This document shows positions 1 through 10,189 of a DNA stretch of 64,000 nucleotides, one piece after another. Made by a program: the position numbers and the translations under genes. Every line of letters starts with the position of its first letter. Within the stretch, counting starts at the first letter, position 1. The notes under the pieces are model-generated. The model saw only the letters and a list, made by a program, of their open reading frames with translations. It was not told the origin of the DNA and ran no database searches. The DNA lies in NCBI GenBank assembly GCA_963663475.2, contig CAXXJV010000001.1:2400001-2464000 (forward strand), written 5' to 3'. The DNA comes from Candidatus Cloacimonadales bacterium. GTDB taxonomy: Bacteria > Cloacimonadota > Cloacimonadia > Cloacimonadales > JAFGVF01.

Positions 1-174
1 AAATTTATTAATTATTGAGACTTATTAGTTGATTTTTTATTAGAAGTCTAGTTATTAATTTTTTAAGTAGGCAAATAACACTTATTCTGACCTTATAAAT
101 TGTTAATTAAATGCACTAATTATAAGCATTTTTTATTAAGATTTGCTCTTTTCTCGCTTATACCATCATTTACC

Positions 175-231
175 CTTCCTTTACGGTCTTTCGATGAAAG
201 TCCGCTTTTCATCGAAAGACTGTAAAGGAAG
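175..231. repeat. Long palindrome family, copy 1 (25-bp arms with one G-T pair, 7-nt loop GTCCGCT)
   Basis: CTTCCTTTACGGTCTTTCGATGAAA-gtccgct-TTTCATCGAAAGACTGTAAAGGAAG; same core as 20268-20346 and 54369-54435. Confidence 0.9.
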
Positions 232-783
232 TATTAATCATCTAATAGTCTTTCTAACAATTGAAACTTTTAAATAGAGATATTGGGCAAGTAGCAATTG
301 GATTATTCTTCATGCTTCAATTTCTAGTGTTTAACTAAAAAAATAATCTAGAAGTTTTTGCACAGATAGGAGAAATAATCCAGGGAAAGCTAGTGAAGTA
401 TGAATAAGCTTTTGCTCAAGGCACTTTTTTAACATTTCTCCCTATATTATTATTTTTCAGTGTTTTAAAAACTTCTTTATTAGATCATATTGGCTATTTA
501 AAAGGGTAAATTTAAAAAATATATGGACAAAATAGTTAATAAAAGACATTTGAAAAGAAAGAAAAAACTTTGCTCTACCGAACCTAATTATTTTGAAATT
601 AATCTTATAGGCTGATATTTGAGATGAGATACTTTAAAGGTGTTACTCTATAAAGTGCTTTTTCTCTATATTAATGCCTATTTAGTCAATTGGACTGAAC
701 ATGAAGATTATGTAATTCCTTTTGATTTGTCTTAAGTTCAGCTGAGCATCTTCAAATATTGTTTAACTTTAAGGATATAAATT

Positions 784-1377
784 ATGATAGCAGAATTATT
801 AAAAGGGAAAAAAGTAGTTTTAGCTTCTGCTTCCCCACGCAGAAAAGAAATTTTTAAGAATATTGGGTTAAATCCACTTCACATTCCTTCTAATGTAGAA
901 GAAGAGATGCTTGACATTGCCCCCTACAAGTTAGTAATGCAGCATTCAGCTAGTAAGGCTAAAGAAGTTGCTAAGCATCTAGACCATAAATGTATAGTTA
1001 TTGGTGCTGATACAGTTGTCGCCCTAGATGGAAAAATCCTAGGAAAGCCATCTAGTAAGTATCAAGCTTATGATTATTTAGAAAAACTTTCAGGTAAACG
1101 TCATCAAGTTTATACAGGTGTGACTATCTGCTACAAGAAATTAGTTAAAACTTTTTATGAAAAAACTTCTGTTGATTTTGACGACTTATCTCATTTCGAT
1201 ATCGAAAATTATATAGAAACAGGTGAAAGCTTTGATAAAGCAGGGGCTTATGGCATTCAGGGATACGGGAGTCAATTTATTAAAAAAATAAGTGGCTGTT
1301 ATTTTAATGTAATGGGCTTTCCAGCTAATAGATTTTATCGTGAAATTAAGAAAATCATGCAAAAAGAGGTCAAATAA
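784..1377 (+). CDS. maf: Maf family nucleoside triphosphate pyrophosphatase
   Basis: LASASPRR, IGADTVV, GKP, DKAGAYGIQG motifs. Confidence 0.95.
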   Translation: MIAELLKGKKVVLASASPRRKEIFKNIGLNPLHIPSNVEEEMLDIAPYKLVMQHSASKAKEVAKHLDHKCIVIGADTVVALDGKILGKPSSKYQAYDYLEKLSGKRHQVYTGVTICYKKLVKTFYEKTSVDFDDLSHFDIENYIETGESFDKAGAYGIQGYGSQFIKKISGCYFNVMGFPANRFYREIKKIMQKEVK

Positions 1378-2852
1378 TGAAACTCTATTACAATGCTAAA
1401 TTTTATTCTATGGATTCTACTAAGCAAATTTATCAGGCTATCTTAGTTGAAGATGGACGGATAAAAGAATGTTTTGCTAGCAAACCTAAAATCTCTAGTC
1501 CGGAATATATTGATCTTAAGGGAGCTACAGTTTTTCCAGGTTTCACAGATTCTCATACCCATTCTTTTGAAGGTGGACTTTATAGCATGGGTGCTGATCT
1601 TCAAAAGGCAACTTCTCTAGCTGAAGTATTTGAACTTATTGATAACTCTCCGCTTATAGGTAATTATAAGTTTGCTTTTGGTTTAGATGAGAATCAACTC
1701 CAGGAAAAAAGATTTCCTAGTCTGCAAGAATTAGATAAAATAGTTCCTAATAACCCTCTTCTACTCAGAAGAATAGATGGGCATTCCTGTATAATAAATA
1801 GTCAAGCCTTATCTATTATCAAGTTTCCTCATGATTTACCTAGCAAATTTAATGGTTTACTGAAAAAAGAGGATAATGATATTGCAGCCCATACCTTTCA
1901 TAACACCCTAACAGATGATGCTATAATTGCAGCTTACCAAGCAGCTGATAAGTTAGCTATTAAAGCAGGTCTTACTTGTGTTCACACTATGATTGGAGAT
2001 GCTCAATATTCTTATAATCACTTTCCTCTAATTCAAGATAATCTGGCTAGATTTACAACTCAATTTATTTTATACCCTCAATTCTTTGATGTAGATAAAG
2101 CTTTAGATAGATCTTCTAAAAGAATAGGAGGCTGTATATTAGCTGATGGATCTTTCGGCTCTCATACCGCTGGTCTTACTAAAGCCTATCAAGACCAAAA
2201 TGACAATTATGGTTCATTGTACCAGACTGATGAATTTTGGGAAAGCTTTATTTGGGATGCACACAAGAAAGACCTGCAAGTTGGAGTTCATTGTATTGGT
2301 GATGCAGCAATAAGTCAAATTGTTAATGCATATGTCAAAGCCCAAAAAAGAGCTGAAAAAGACCTTAGACATCAAATAATCCATAATGAATTAATGAGTG
2401 ATGAGTCTTTACAACTTATGAAAGACTATAATATTTCAGCAGTAATGCAACCTATGTTTGATCATTTATGGGGCGGACCTGATAATTTTTATTCTCAAGT
2501 TTTAGGATTAGAAAGAAGTATGCAAACTAACAGATTCAAAACTATACTTGACAAAGGGGTTTTGTTAGCAGGTTCTTCTGACTGGTACATAACTAGTCTT
2601 AACATCTTAGACCAGTTACAAGCTGCTATATCTCATCATAATCCCCAAGAAAAACTTTCTCTTGAACAAGCAATCCAAATTTACACAAGAAATGCTAGCA
2701 GACTTGTAGGTAATGATTCTGAAGGATTTCTCAAAGTTGGTAATTTAGCCAATATGACTGTTTTAGAAAATGACCCCTTCACTAAAGGTAATTTCTTAGA
2801 CAATTCCATCTTAGCAGTCATCTCCCAAGGGGAGCTTATTCATGTTTATTAA
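1377..2852 (+). CDS. Amidohydrolase 3 family (YtcJ-like) metal-dependent hydrolase
   Basis: PGFTDSHTH, DGH, ADGSFGSHTA, HCIGD, SSDW motifs; start overlaps maf stop. Confidence 0.85.
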   Translation: MKLYYNAKFYSMDSTKQIYQAILVEDGRIKECFASKPKISSPEYIDLKGATVFPGFTDSHTHSFEGGLYSMGADLQKATSLAEVFELIDNSPLIGNYKFAFGLDENQLQEKRFPSLQELDKIVPNNPLLLRRIDGHSCIINSQALSIIKFPHDLPSKFNGLLKKEDNDIAAHTFHNTLTDDAIIAAYQAADKLAIKAGLTCVHTMIGDAQYSYNHFPLIQDNLARFTTQFILYPQFFDVDKALDRSSKRIGGCILADGSFGSHTAGLTKAYQDQNDNYGSLYQTDEFWESFIWDAHKKDLQVGVHCIGDAAISQIVNAYVKAQKRAEKDLRHQIIHNELMSDESLQLMKDYNISAVMQPMFDHLWGGPDNFYSQVLGLERSMQTNRFKTILDKGVLLAGSSDWYITSLNILDQLQAAISHHNPQEKLSLEQAIQIYTRNASRLVGNDSEGFLKVGNLANMTVLENDPFTKGNFLDNSILAVISQGELIHVY

Positions 2853-3339
2853 ACGAAGAGCAAAGTTCTTAATAGAGCAAGAGTTAGATCTTTTTCCTAA
2901 AGCTACTTTAACTGACTTTTATAAGCTCTTTTATCAAAACTGCTGCGGTAGTCAACATTATCTGCAAGATCTAAATTTTATAAAAAACAGAATTCTTTCA
3001 GAAATTCAGGATATTGAGGAAAAATGTTTTATCTATCCTACTTATGATATTTCTTATCGTTTGAAGGTTAGCAGAATTAGTCTATACTCTATTAAAGTTG
3101 GAAAATATGATATTAGTTTCATAGCTGATGCCTTTTATAAATTAGCAATTGACCCTAATAGATTGACATGTCAAGCTTGGTTAGCCGAATGGGAAAAAAT
3201 TCAAGAACTTATTTTCAATTTAAAACCAGCTATTTTTGATGATTTAACAAGCAAGGATATTTCGCAAGGTCAAGCTCTTCATCATAGTGATATTTATAGA
3301 CTGAATTATCATCCTCATTACAGAATTTGTTCAATTTAG
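2842..3339 (+). CDS. Hypothetical protein with conserved-looking YKLxYQ..G..H and HSxxYR.xY.PxYR motifs
   Basis: 165-aa ORF overlapping the upstream gene; motifs DFYKLFYQNCCGSQH and HHSDIYRLNYHPHYR. Confidence 0.6.
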   Translation: MFIKRRAKFLIEQELDLFPKATLTDFYKLFYQNCCGSQHYLQDLNFIKNRILSEIQDIEEKCFIYPTYDISYRLKVSRISLYSIKVGKYDISFIADAFYKLAIDPNRLTCQAWLAEWEKIQELIFNLKPAIFDDLTSKDISQGQALHHSDIYRLNYHPHYRICSI

Positions 3340-3343
3340 ATTT

Positions 3344-4243
3344 ATGAGATTAGAAGAACATATAAATTTACTATCTCAAAATTGGAAGAAAAAATACAGG
3401 TGTAAGGTGATGAAAGTTGGACTTAGTCTTGGACTTGTCTGCCCTAATCGGGCCAAGGGATCTTGCATATTCTGCCTACCATCTACCTTTACTGATGCAA
3501 TTAATGATGGCAAGGATATTTCTTTAGAAGAGCAGATAAACCATTTGATACCTAAAATTCAAGGTAATACTAAGGCTAAAAAATTTATAGCTTACCTACA
3601 AGATGAAACTTCTACAGCTTGTTCTCCATCTTTCTTAAAAGATTCACTTGTTAAAATTATAAAAAGCAATATATTTGAAGAAGTGATTATCTCTACCCGT
3701 CCAGATTATCTAAATCATGATATTTTAACAGCTATTAAGAGTGTTGATCTTCCTGTTACTATTGAACTAGGAATGCAAACAATTCATGATGAATCGCTTA
3801 AATGGTTAAATAGAAATCATGAGCACCAGGATAGTATTAAGGCTATTAAACTTTGTGAAGAGTATAATATTCCTCTGGGTATTCACCTAATTTTAGGAAT
3901 TCCTAGTGAAGACAAGTCTATGATTCTGGAAACTATCGATTTCATCAACAAGTATAAAATCATAAAAGATGTCAAATTTCATAACTTAGTAATTTTTGCT
4001 GGGACAAGATTAGCCCAAATTTACTCTGAAGATAAAATCATTAAGTACACAGATTACCTAAACTTACTTGCATTAGTACTTGGTAATCTTTCACCTGAGA
4101 AAACTGTTTCTCGCTTATTCACGTCTAACCTCAGAAGGGACTTAATAGCCATACACCCCTTCCCAGGTATTAAACAAATTTGGCTAAAAGATTTATGGCA
4201 CATTCTTAAGATGAAAAATATTTATCAAGGATCTTTGCTGTAA
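3344..4243 (+). CDS. Radical SAM protein, TIGR01212/YhcC-like
   Basis: CPNR..G.CIFC, STRPD, IELGMQT, LNRNH, HLILGIP motifs. Confidence 0.85.
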   Translation: MRLEEHINLLSQNWKKKYRCKVMKVGLSLGLVCPNRAKGSCIFCLPSTFTDAINDGKDISLEEQINHLIPKIQGNTKAKKFIAYLQDETSTACSPSFLKDSLVKIIKSNIFEEVIISTRPDYLNHDILTAIKSVDLPVTIELGMQTIHDESLKWLNRNHEHQDSIKAIKLCEEYNIPLGIHLILGIPSEDKSMILETIDFINKYKIIKDVKFHNLVIFAGTRLAQIYSEDKIIKYTDYLNLLALVLGNLSPEKTVSRLFTSNLRRDLIAIHPFPGIKQIWLKDLWHILKMKNIYQGSLL

Positions 4244-4375
4244 GAACTTTCGTAAAGTCTTAAATGATAGTTAACTGCAAGCCATATTAAAATATAGTAA
4301 ATAAAATTCTTTACAAATTTAAGAATATCTTATATAATGTTATATAAATATGAAAATAATATAATAGGGTACCAT

Positions 4376-7090
4376 ATGAAAAAAATATTGATCGTATTAT
4401 TAGTGATATTTGCTTGGTCGTTCGCACAAGCTCTTATCGATTTAAACACAGCGACACTGGAAGAATTAAAAACTCTTCCTATCACTGAAAAACAAGCTCA
4501 AGATATTTTTGAGTATCGTGAATTTGTTTCTTTCTTTGGGAGTATTTTTGATCTAAGAAAGATTGATTCTATTGATCAAAAAACTATGCTTAGAATCAGA
4601 GAGCAAGTAAAAATCTCACGCTATACTGATACTGACGAAGTTGATGAAAGAAGAGAAGAGATTGGCTATTTGCTTGAGCGACTAGGCGAAAGTGAAGGTT
4701 CTTCAGAAGGCATGAATGATGTTTGGCAAGACTATTTAATGTCTCCCCAAAATATCAATGATATGCTCTATGAAGACTTAATTTCTATTCCTAACGTATC
4801 AGCTGTTGATGCTGTTTCTATCCTTAAGAAACGCAAGAACGGCGATAGATTTGGTAATATTCGTGATATTAGAACCACCCAAGGCATGTCCTATTATGGC
4901 TACTCTAATCTTAGAAGATATGTTTTCTTTGATGATGCAAAAGCTTTAAACAGGGTTTATCTTGATTACCAGTTTAAAATGGAATCTCAAGACTTTGAAG
5001 AAGGTTCAACCGATATGTATAAAGAACCTCAGATCAGAGATACCTACAATGTAGATTATGATGATTTACCAGCAATCTATAACGAAATAAGAAAAAGAGA
5101 TAACTCTTATTATGGTTATTTCAACTTAGATAAATATAATCCAGCTGTTTCTCATAAATTCAGAGCCCGTTATGGTAATAAATATAAATTTGGCTTAATG
5201 GATTTCTCAGATAAAACAATCGACCCTACAATTGATAAGGGTTGGACAAATCTAAGAGATGATGCTAAGTACTACGCTGGTTATGAAGATAAATTCAAAG
5301 CTTATAATGGCTTTGGAGGATCTTACTTTGTAAAAGCTTATGCAGGACATTACAGAGTTACTTATGGTGAAGGCCTTACAATGGAAAATACAGACTACTA
5401 TTCACCACGTAAGACAGGCTTAGGCTTTTCAAAAAGAATCATGGGTATTACTCCAGACTTATCAAAAAGCCAATCAACCGCTCTCAGAGGTGGCGCTGTA
5501 GAAGTTAAAAATGACTACTTTACCTCTTCGTTCTTCTATTCAAAAGCTAAAAAAGATGCTCTTGTTTACATGGAAAAATATGTTGATCAAAATGGTAAAA
5601 CTTGGTCTGTACCTGTTAAAGATGAAAATGGTAATTATCAAGTTTTATCTTACATAAACTCTACCATAAGATTTGATAATGATGACCTAGCTGATGCTGA
5701 GGCCCACTTCAATGAAGAACTAGGTATTCAAGAAGAACAGCATACTGGTGATTTTGCAGGTTATGATGTTGATTATATGAGCTTAGCTCCAAGAAAGAAT
5801 ATCATTAATGAACAAATCATCGGTGGTCATGTTCAATACAATCCAATCATTGGTACCCGTTTAGGTTTTACTACCTATACCGCTACTTACGATAATGCCG
5901 AGTTTGTTGTTCCTGAAAGTGATGATTTAATGCGTCTTTTGATCCGTAATAACAATAACTACAATAAGTGGAAACAACCTAATTCTTCTTTAGCAGCTAT
6001 GTACTCAACTAAAACTGATAAATATGATCGTGACTATAGACGAGTTATCGGTTTCGATGGTGGTACTGTTATTAATAATGTATCAATCGATGGTGAATAT
6101 GCTGAACTTAGTGTTGATGGTGACGATATGAAACTAGGTGATGATCCTAAAGCTTATCTGATTAAAGCCCATACTCAATATAATAATTTCTATTTCTTAA
6201 CCCTTTATAGAAATTATGATTTGGACTTCGATAACCCATACTCTAATGCCTTTGCAGAACAACCTAAATACGATGATACAGTTCTTGATAAAAACATCTA
6301 TGCCCTTGTTAACCCTCTTGTTTCTGATGTTTATCAAAACTCATCTCAAGCTCAAGCTGAAAAAGGTGTTTATTTTGAAACACGTTATCAATTCCATAGA
6401 AACTTTATTCTTGGCAGAACTTACCTTGATATCTTTGAAAGAGTTGCTGATAGTAGAAACACTGTAAGATTCCAAAGTGAATTAGAATACAGAGCCTTCC
6501 ATCAACTTCGCTTTAAATTAAAATATAAGAATCAAGTTAACAGATATGCAGACGATGCTGAAAGAGGTGTTTCTAATACTCAAGAGTATACTCTAAATGC
6601 TCGTATGCTAATGTCTAACAGAAATTTCTTTGAGATTGAATATCGCTATAATACTGTTAAATCTCCCCCATACGTATCTTTAACAAACCCTGTTGAAGAA
6701 GGAGATAATTCTTACGCCCAATCTATGTCCTATATGAATGGAGATTATATTGCAGCAAACTATACCCACTATTTTAGTCCAAAACTTAAAGTCAAAGGTT
6801 CAGTTTGTTTCTGGAATGGTTATGACATCTCTCATTGGGATTGGGAAGATATCGAACTTGATTTCATGGGAGATAGAGGATTTAAGTACTGGTTCTCAGT
6901 CCAAAACAATATTTCCAAAAATATCTACCTAACTTTTAAATACAAAACTAAAATATATAGAACTCAAGAACTCTTCATCAGAAAGTACAATACAACTGAT
7001 GATCCAGGATTCCAAGAGATGCCAACCTACTATGATAGAGTTGAAAAGAAAGATAACACATTTAGATTACAAATTGATTATAGATTTTAA
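4376..7090 (+). CDS. Outer-membrane beta-barrel protein with two N-terminal ComEA-like helix-hairpin-helix domains
   Basis: Signal peptide MKKILIVLL..AQA (ATG 4376); IDLNTATLEELKTLP and NINDMLYEDLISIPNV HhH repeats; alternating aromatic strands; C-terminal beta-signal FRLQIDYRF. Confidence 0.8.
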   Translation: MKKILIVLLVIFAWSFAQALIDLNTATLEELKTLPITEKQAQDIFEYREFVSFFGSIFDLRKIDSIDQKTMLRIREQVKISRYTDTDEVDERREEIGYLLERLGESEGSSEGMNDVWQDYLMSPQNINDMLYEDLISIPNVSAVDAVSILKKRKNGDRFGNIRDIRTTQGMSYYGYSNLRRYVFFDDAKALNRVYLDYQFKMESQDFEEGSTDMYKEPQIRDTYNVDYDDLPAIYNEIRKRDNSYYGYFNLDKYNPAVSHKFRARYGNKYKFGLMDFSDKTIDPTIDKGWTNLRDDAKYYAGYEDKFKAYNGFGGSYFVKAYAGHYRVTYGEGLTMENTDYYSPRKTGLGFSKRIMGITPDLSKSQSTALRGGAVEVKNDYFTSSFFYSKAKKDALVYMEKYVDQNGKTWSVPVKDENGNYQVLSYINSTIRFDNDDLADAEAHFNEELGIQEEQHTGDFAGYDVDYMSLAPRKNIINEQIIGGHVQYNPIIGTRLGFTTYTATYDNAEFVVPESDDLMRLLIRNNNNYNKWKQPNSSLAAMYSTKTDKYDRDYRRVIGFDGGTVINNVSIDGEYAELSVDGDDMKLGDDPKAYLIKAHTQYNNFYFLTLYRNYDLDFDNPYSNAFAEQPKYDDTVLDKNIYALVNPLVSDVYQNSSQAQAEKGVYFETRYQFHRNFILGRTYLDIFERVADSRNTVRFQSELEYRAFHQLRFKLKYKNQVNRYADDAERGVSNTQEYTLNARMLMSNRNFFEIEYRYNTVKSPPYVSLTNPVEEGDNSYAQSMSYMNGDYIAANYTHYFSPKLKVKGSVCFWNGYDISHWDWEDIELDFMGDRGFKYWFSVQNNISKNIYLTFKYKTKIYRTQELFIRKYNTTDDPGFQEMPTYYDRVEKKDNTFRLQIDYRF

Positions 7091-7102
7091 TTGGAGGATT
7101 TA

Positions 7103-8521
7103 ATGTATAGAAAAATTATATTTTTATTACTAACAGTGATGGCTGTTGGAACTTTAAGTAGTTATTCGTTGAATGAGTTTCATTACGGATATAAATTAAA
7201 CACATATGATGCTACAGCTGTTAGTATGGGCAACACTGGAACTGCTGGTTCTTCAAACCCGTTTGGTATAACACTTAATGCCATTAACTCTCTTAATCAA
7301 GAGAATACTTTTGCTTTCGAGACTTCTATTAATGCTAGTAAAGTTGAAGACAAAAGATCTATACCAATGTATAATTCCTTCAACTCTTACATAAATGAAT
7401 CAACATATACTGCACAAGAAGAAATCTTCTATAATCTTGCCGCTGCTCTTACATTTAAACAGCAACTTAATAAAGCCAATAGTATTGGTTTTGGTCTATA
7501 CATGACTCCAAAATATAGCTTTGCTGGTGATTATAATGAAGAGGTTAGAAATAACGATAACTCCAATGATGATAATTTCCCTGCAAAAATCGCTATAAAC
7601 TCAATTGATAATGAAGGAAATCTCTATGCCTACGGTTTCTCTATGGCCTACAAATATTCTTTCGAAAACTTGACTTATTTAAAAAGTTTAGCTTTAGGAG
7701 CAAATATTGAAATGCTTACTGGTAATGCAAAATCAGATAAAACAATTAGATTTACTGATTGGGCTCATACTACTGCAGGTTATGGTAACCTACCTGATTA
7801 TCAAGAAAAATATGACAGAGACTTATCAGGTATAGCAAGTCAGTTGAGTATGAACTACCAACTTAACCATAGAGCAACCTTCTCTCTTGTATATTCACCA
7901 AAAACAACCATCGAAGTAGATGCTAGTTCTAGTATTAATAATTACCTTACTTTTGCAGATTCTACTAGCATGCTTGACTACACCTATACTGGTGCTGATT
8001 CACTTAAGCATGAAATGATGATGGCTGATTATGACCTACCATCTTCCTTCAAATTAGCTTTCCAGCTTAAGCCACGTAACGTGCTTAAAACTACTTTTAA
8101 TGTTGAGGCTGAATTGGTACGTTGGTCTGAAACAAACAAACTATTCGAAGATAAATTTAACTACTACTTAGGTGTCGAACATAAAATTATCGAAACTGTA
8201 CCTGTAAGATTAGGCTTTTCATCTACACAAAGTTATGACATTGCTTATGATAATGAGTATGCATATGCTGTTGAGTTAATGACTCCAAGCGTTGCCCTTG
8301 GTACTGGTTTTGAAATTTCAAAATCACTTAGAGCTGATCTAGGATTTACTTACGGTTTTAGAAAATTTGAAACTCTAGACCTATTCATGGATGAATATTA
8401 TGATTATTCATCACTCTGGCCTAATACTCATATTAATCTCCAAAATCGCGATTGGTCAAATCCTGATACTGTTAAAGAAAACATCTTTGACTTTATGTTC
8501 TCATTAACTTTGGATATTTAA
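7103..8521 (+). CDS. Outer-membrane beta-barrel, FadL/PorV-like
   Basis: GGAGG RBS before ATG 7103; signal peptide; DATAVSMGNTG..NP N-terminal motif typical of FadL/PorV-type barrels; beta-strand pattern to the C-terminus. Confidence 0.6.
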   Translation: MYRKIIFLLLTVMAVGTLSSYSLNEFHYGYKLNTYDATAVSMGNTGTAGSSNPFGITLNAINSLNQENTFAFETSINASKVEDKRSIPMYNSFNSYINESTYTAQEEIFYNLAAALTFKQQLNKANSIGFGLYMTPKYSFAGDYNEEVRNNDNSNDDNFPAKIAINSIDNEGNLYAYGFSMAYKYSFENLTYLKSLALGANIEMLTGNAKSDKTIRFTDWAHTTAGYGNLPDYQEKYDRDLSGIASQLSMNYQLNHRATFSLVYSPKTTIEVDASSSINNYLTFADSTSMLDYTYTGADSLKHEMMMADYDLPSSFKLAFQLKPRNVLKTTFNVEAELVRWSETNKLFEDKFNYYLGVEHKIIETVPVRLGFSSTQSYDIAYDNEYAYAVELMTPSVALGTGFEISKSLRADLGFTYGFRKFETLDLFMDEYYDYSSLWPNTHINLQNRDWSNPDTVKENIFDFMFSLTLDI

Positions 8522-8545
8522 CCTACTAAAACAATAAGGTAAATT

Positions 8546-10186
8546 ATGAAAAAATTAATTATAATTATATCCCTCCTAAGCTTCTTTGCTCTTAATGCTG
8601 AAGATCTTAGACTGGATATTATGTTTACTAATGATGTTCATGGAGGAATATCTCGTGACCAAGCAACCTTTATGAATCCAGAATTTCCACCCCGTTTAGG
8701 TGGTGGAGCTTCTCATGCCACATTAATTAAACATGTAAGAAGCCTGGCTAATGATAAAAGAGATAACTTGCTCCTTGATGCTGGTGACTTCTGGCAAGGA
8801 AAACCAATAGGTACTGTTACCAATGGTGAAGCAATCATAGAATACTATAATATGATAGGTTATGATGCTTTAACTATCGGTAACCATGAGTATGACATTA
8901 AAGAAAAGGAAATTGTAGAAACTCTCGAAATGGCTAATTTCCCTATTCTTTCTTGTAATATCGTAGATAAAAACACTGGAAAACTAGTTGATTATGTGCA
9001 ACCTTACGTCATCATTGAAAAAATGGGAGTTAAAATTGGTTTAATAGGTCTTACAACTATCGATACAAAACTAATGAGCTTCCCTGATAATATTGAAGGT
9101 ATTGACTTTTTAGATGAAATTGAATCGCTAAAAAAATATATTCCTATCGTTAAATCTGAAGGTGCAGATATTATAATTGTCCTTGGACATATGGGGCTTC
9201 CTTACGATCCTGCAGCTTCTTATGAAAAAAGATTTGTTAATGATTCTATGGAGAAAAAACAAAGATACTATGGTTGGGATTCTCAAGAAATCCTCCACTT
9301 TGTCCCTGGTATAGACCTTTTAGTAGGTGGTCATATGCACAAGGGTTTTTCTGAACCATGGGTTGACCCTGTAACTCAAGGTATGGCTGTTCAAGGTTAT
9401 GCTTTTGGATCAAATGTAGGTTGGATTACTTTAAAGATAGATGAAGAGACTAAAACTTTATCTGGTTATGAGCTTCCTTCACTATCAAATGGTCTTATGA
9501 TAACCATGTTTGAAGATGAATTCCCTCTTGATCCTGAGATCAATGCTGCTATTGAAAAGAATAGGAAACTAGCTGAAGCAGGAATGGATGATGTAATCGG
9601 TGTGGCTGAAGTACATCTTCATAGACAAAATGTGGAAGCTCAATCACCTATGGGAAATACTGTCGCTGATGCTATGAGACTGCAAACTAATGCTGACTTC
9701 TCTTTCCTAAATTTAGGTGGTATTAGAGCAGAAATTGGAGCTGGTCCTGTTACTTACAGAGATATCTTTGCAGTTATGCCATTTGATAATCAATTGATTA
9801 CTTTTGAATGTGATGGTAGATTCTTGAAGCAAGTTATTGAAACAAGAATTGAAGGTTCAAGAGCTGGTATGATTTGCTCTGGAGCAAAAGTTACTTTTAG
9901 TAGAGAGAGAGAAAACTTTGATAGAATTACTGAACTTATTATCGGTGGTGAAGAATGGGATCCTGATAAAATTTATACAGTCGCTACTACCGACTTCCTT
10001 ATGGAAGGTAATGCTGGGTTAACCCTCTTAACTAAAGTTCCTGAAGATAAAATTTCCAATAACTATCTGAATCTTCGAGATGCTATTGCTAATCACTTTA
10101 AGCAAAACTCTCCAATAAAGACTAGAATCGACGACCGCTGGATTAGAGATGATAACTCTACTCCTAAAGAATATTTAAGGAAATAA
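8546..10186 (+). CDS. Exported 5'-nucleotidase / metallophosphoesterase (UshA-like)
   Basis: Signal peptide; TNDVHG, DAGD, GNHEYD, GHMG, GGHMH, NLGGIR, MPFDN motifs. Confidence 0.92.
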   Translation: MKKLIIIISLLSFFALNAEDLRLDIMFTNDVHGGISRDQATFMNPEFPPRLGGGASHATLIKHVRSLANDKRDNLLLDAGDFWQGKPIGTVTNGEAIIEYYNMIGYDALTIGNHEYDIKEKEIVETLEMANFPILSCNIVDKNTGKLVDYVQPYVIIEKMGVKIGLIGLTTIDTKLMSFPDNIEGIDFLDEIESLKKYIPIVKSEGADIIIVLGHMGLPYDPAASYEKRFVNDSMEKKQRYYGWDSQEILHFVPGIDLLVGGHMHKGFSEPWVDPVTQGMAVQGYAFGSNVGWITLKIDEETKTLSGYELPSLSNGLMITMFEDEFPLDPEINAAIEKNRKLAEAGMDDVIGVAEVHLHRQNVEAQSPMGNTVADAMRLQTNADFSFLNLGGIRAEIGAGPVTYRDIFAVMPFDNQLITFECDGRFLKQVIETRIEGSRAGMICSGAKVTFSRERENFDRITELIIGGEEWDPDKIYTVATTDFLMEGNAGLTLLTKVPEDKISNNYLNLRDAIANHFKQNSPIKTRIDDRWIRDDNSTPKEYLRK

Positions 10187-10189
10187 GCA

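Noticed and set aside
356-364. DnaA-box-like TTTTGCACA near the window start
   Set aside because: A single relaxed match, expected by chance in AT-rich DNA
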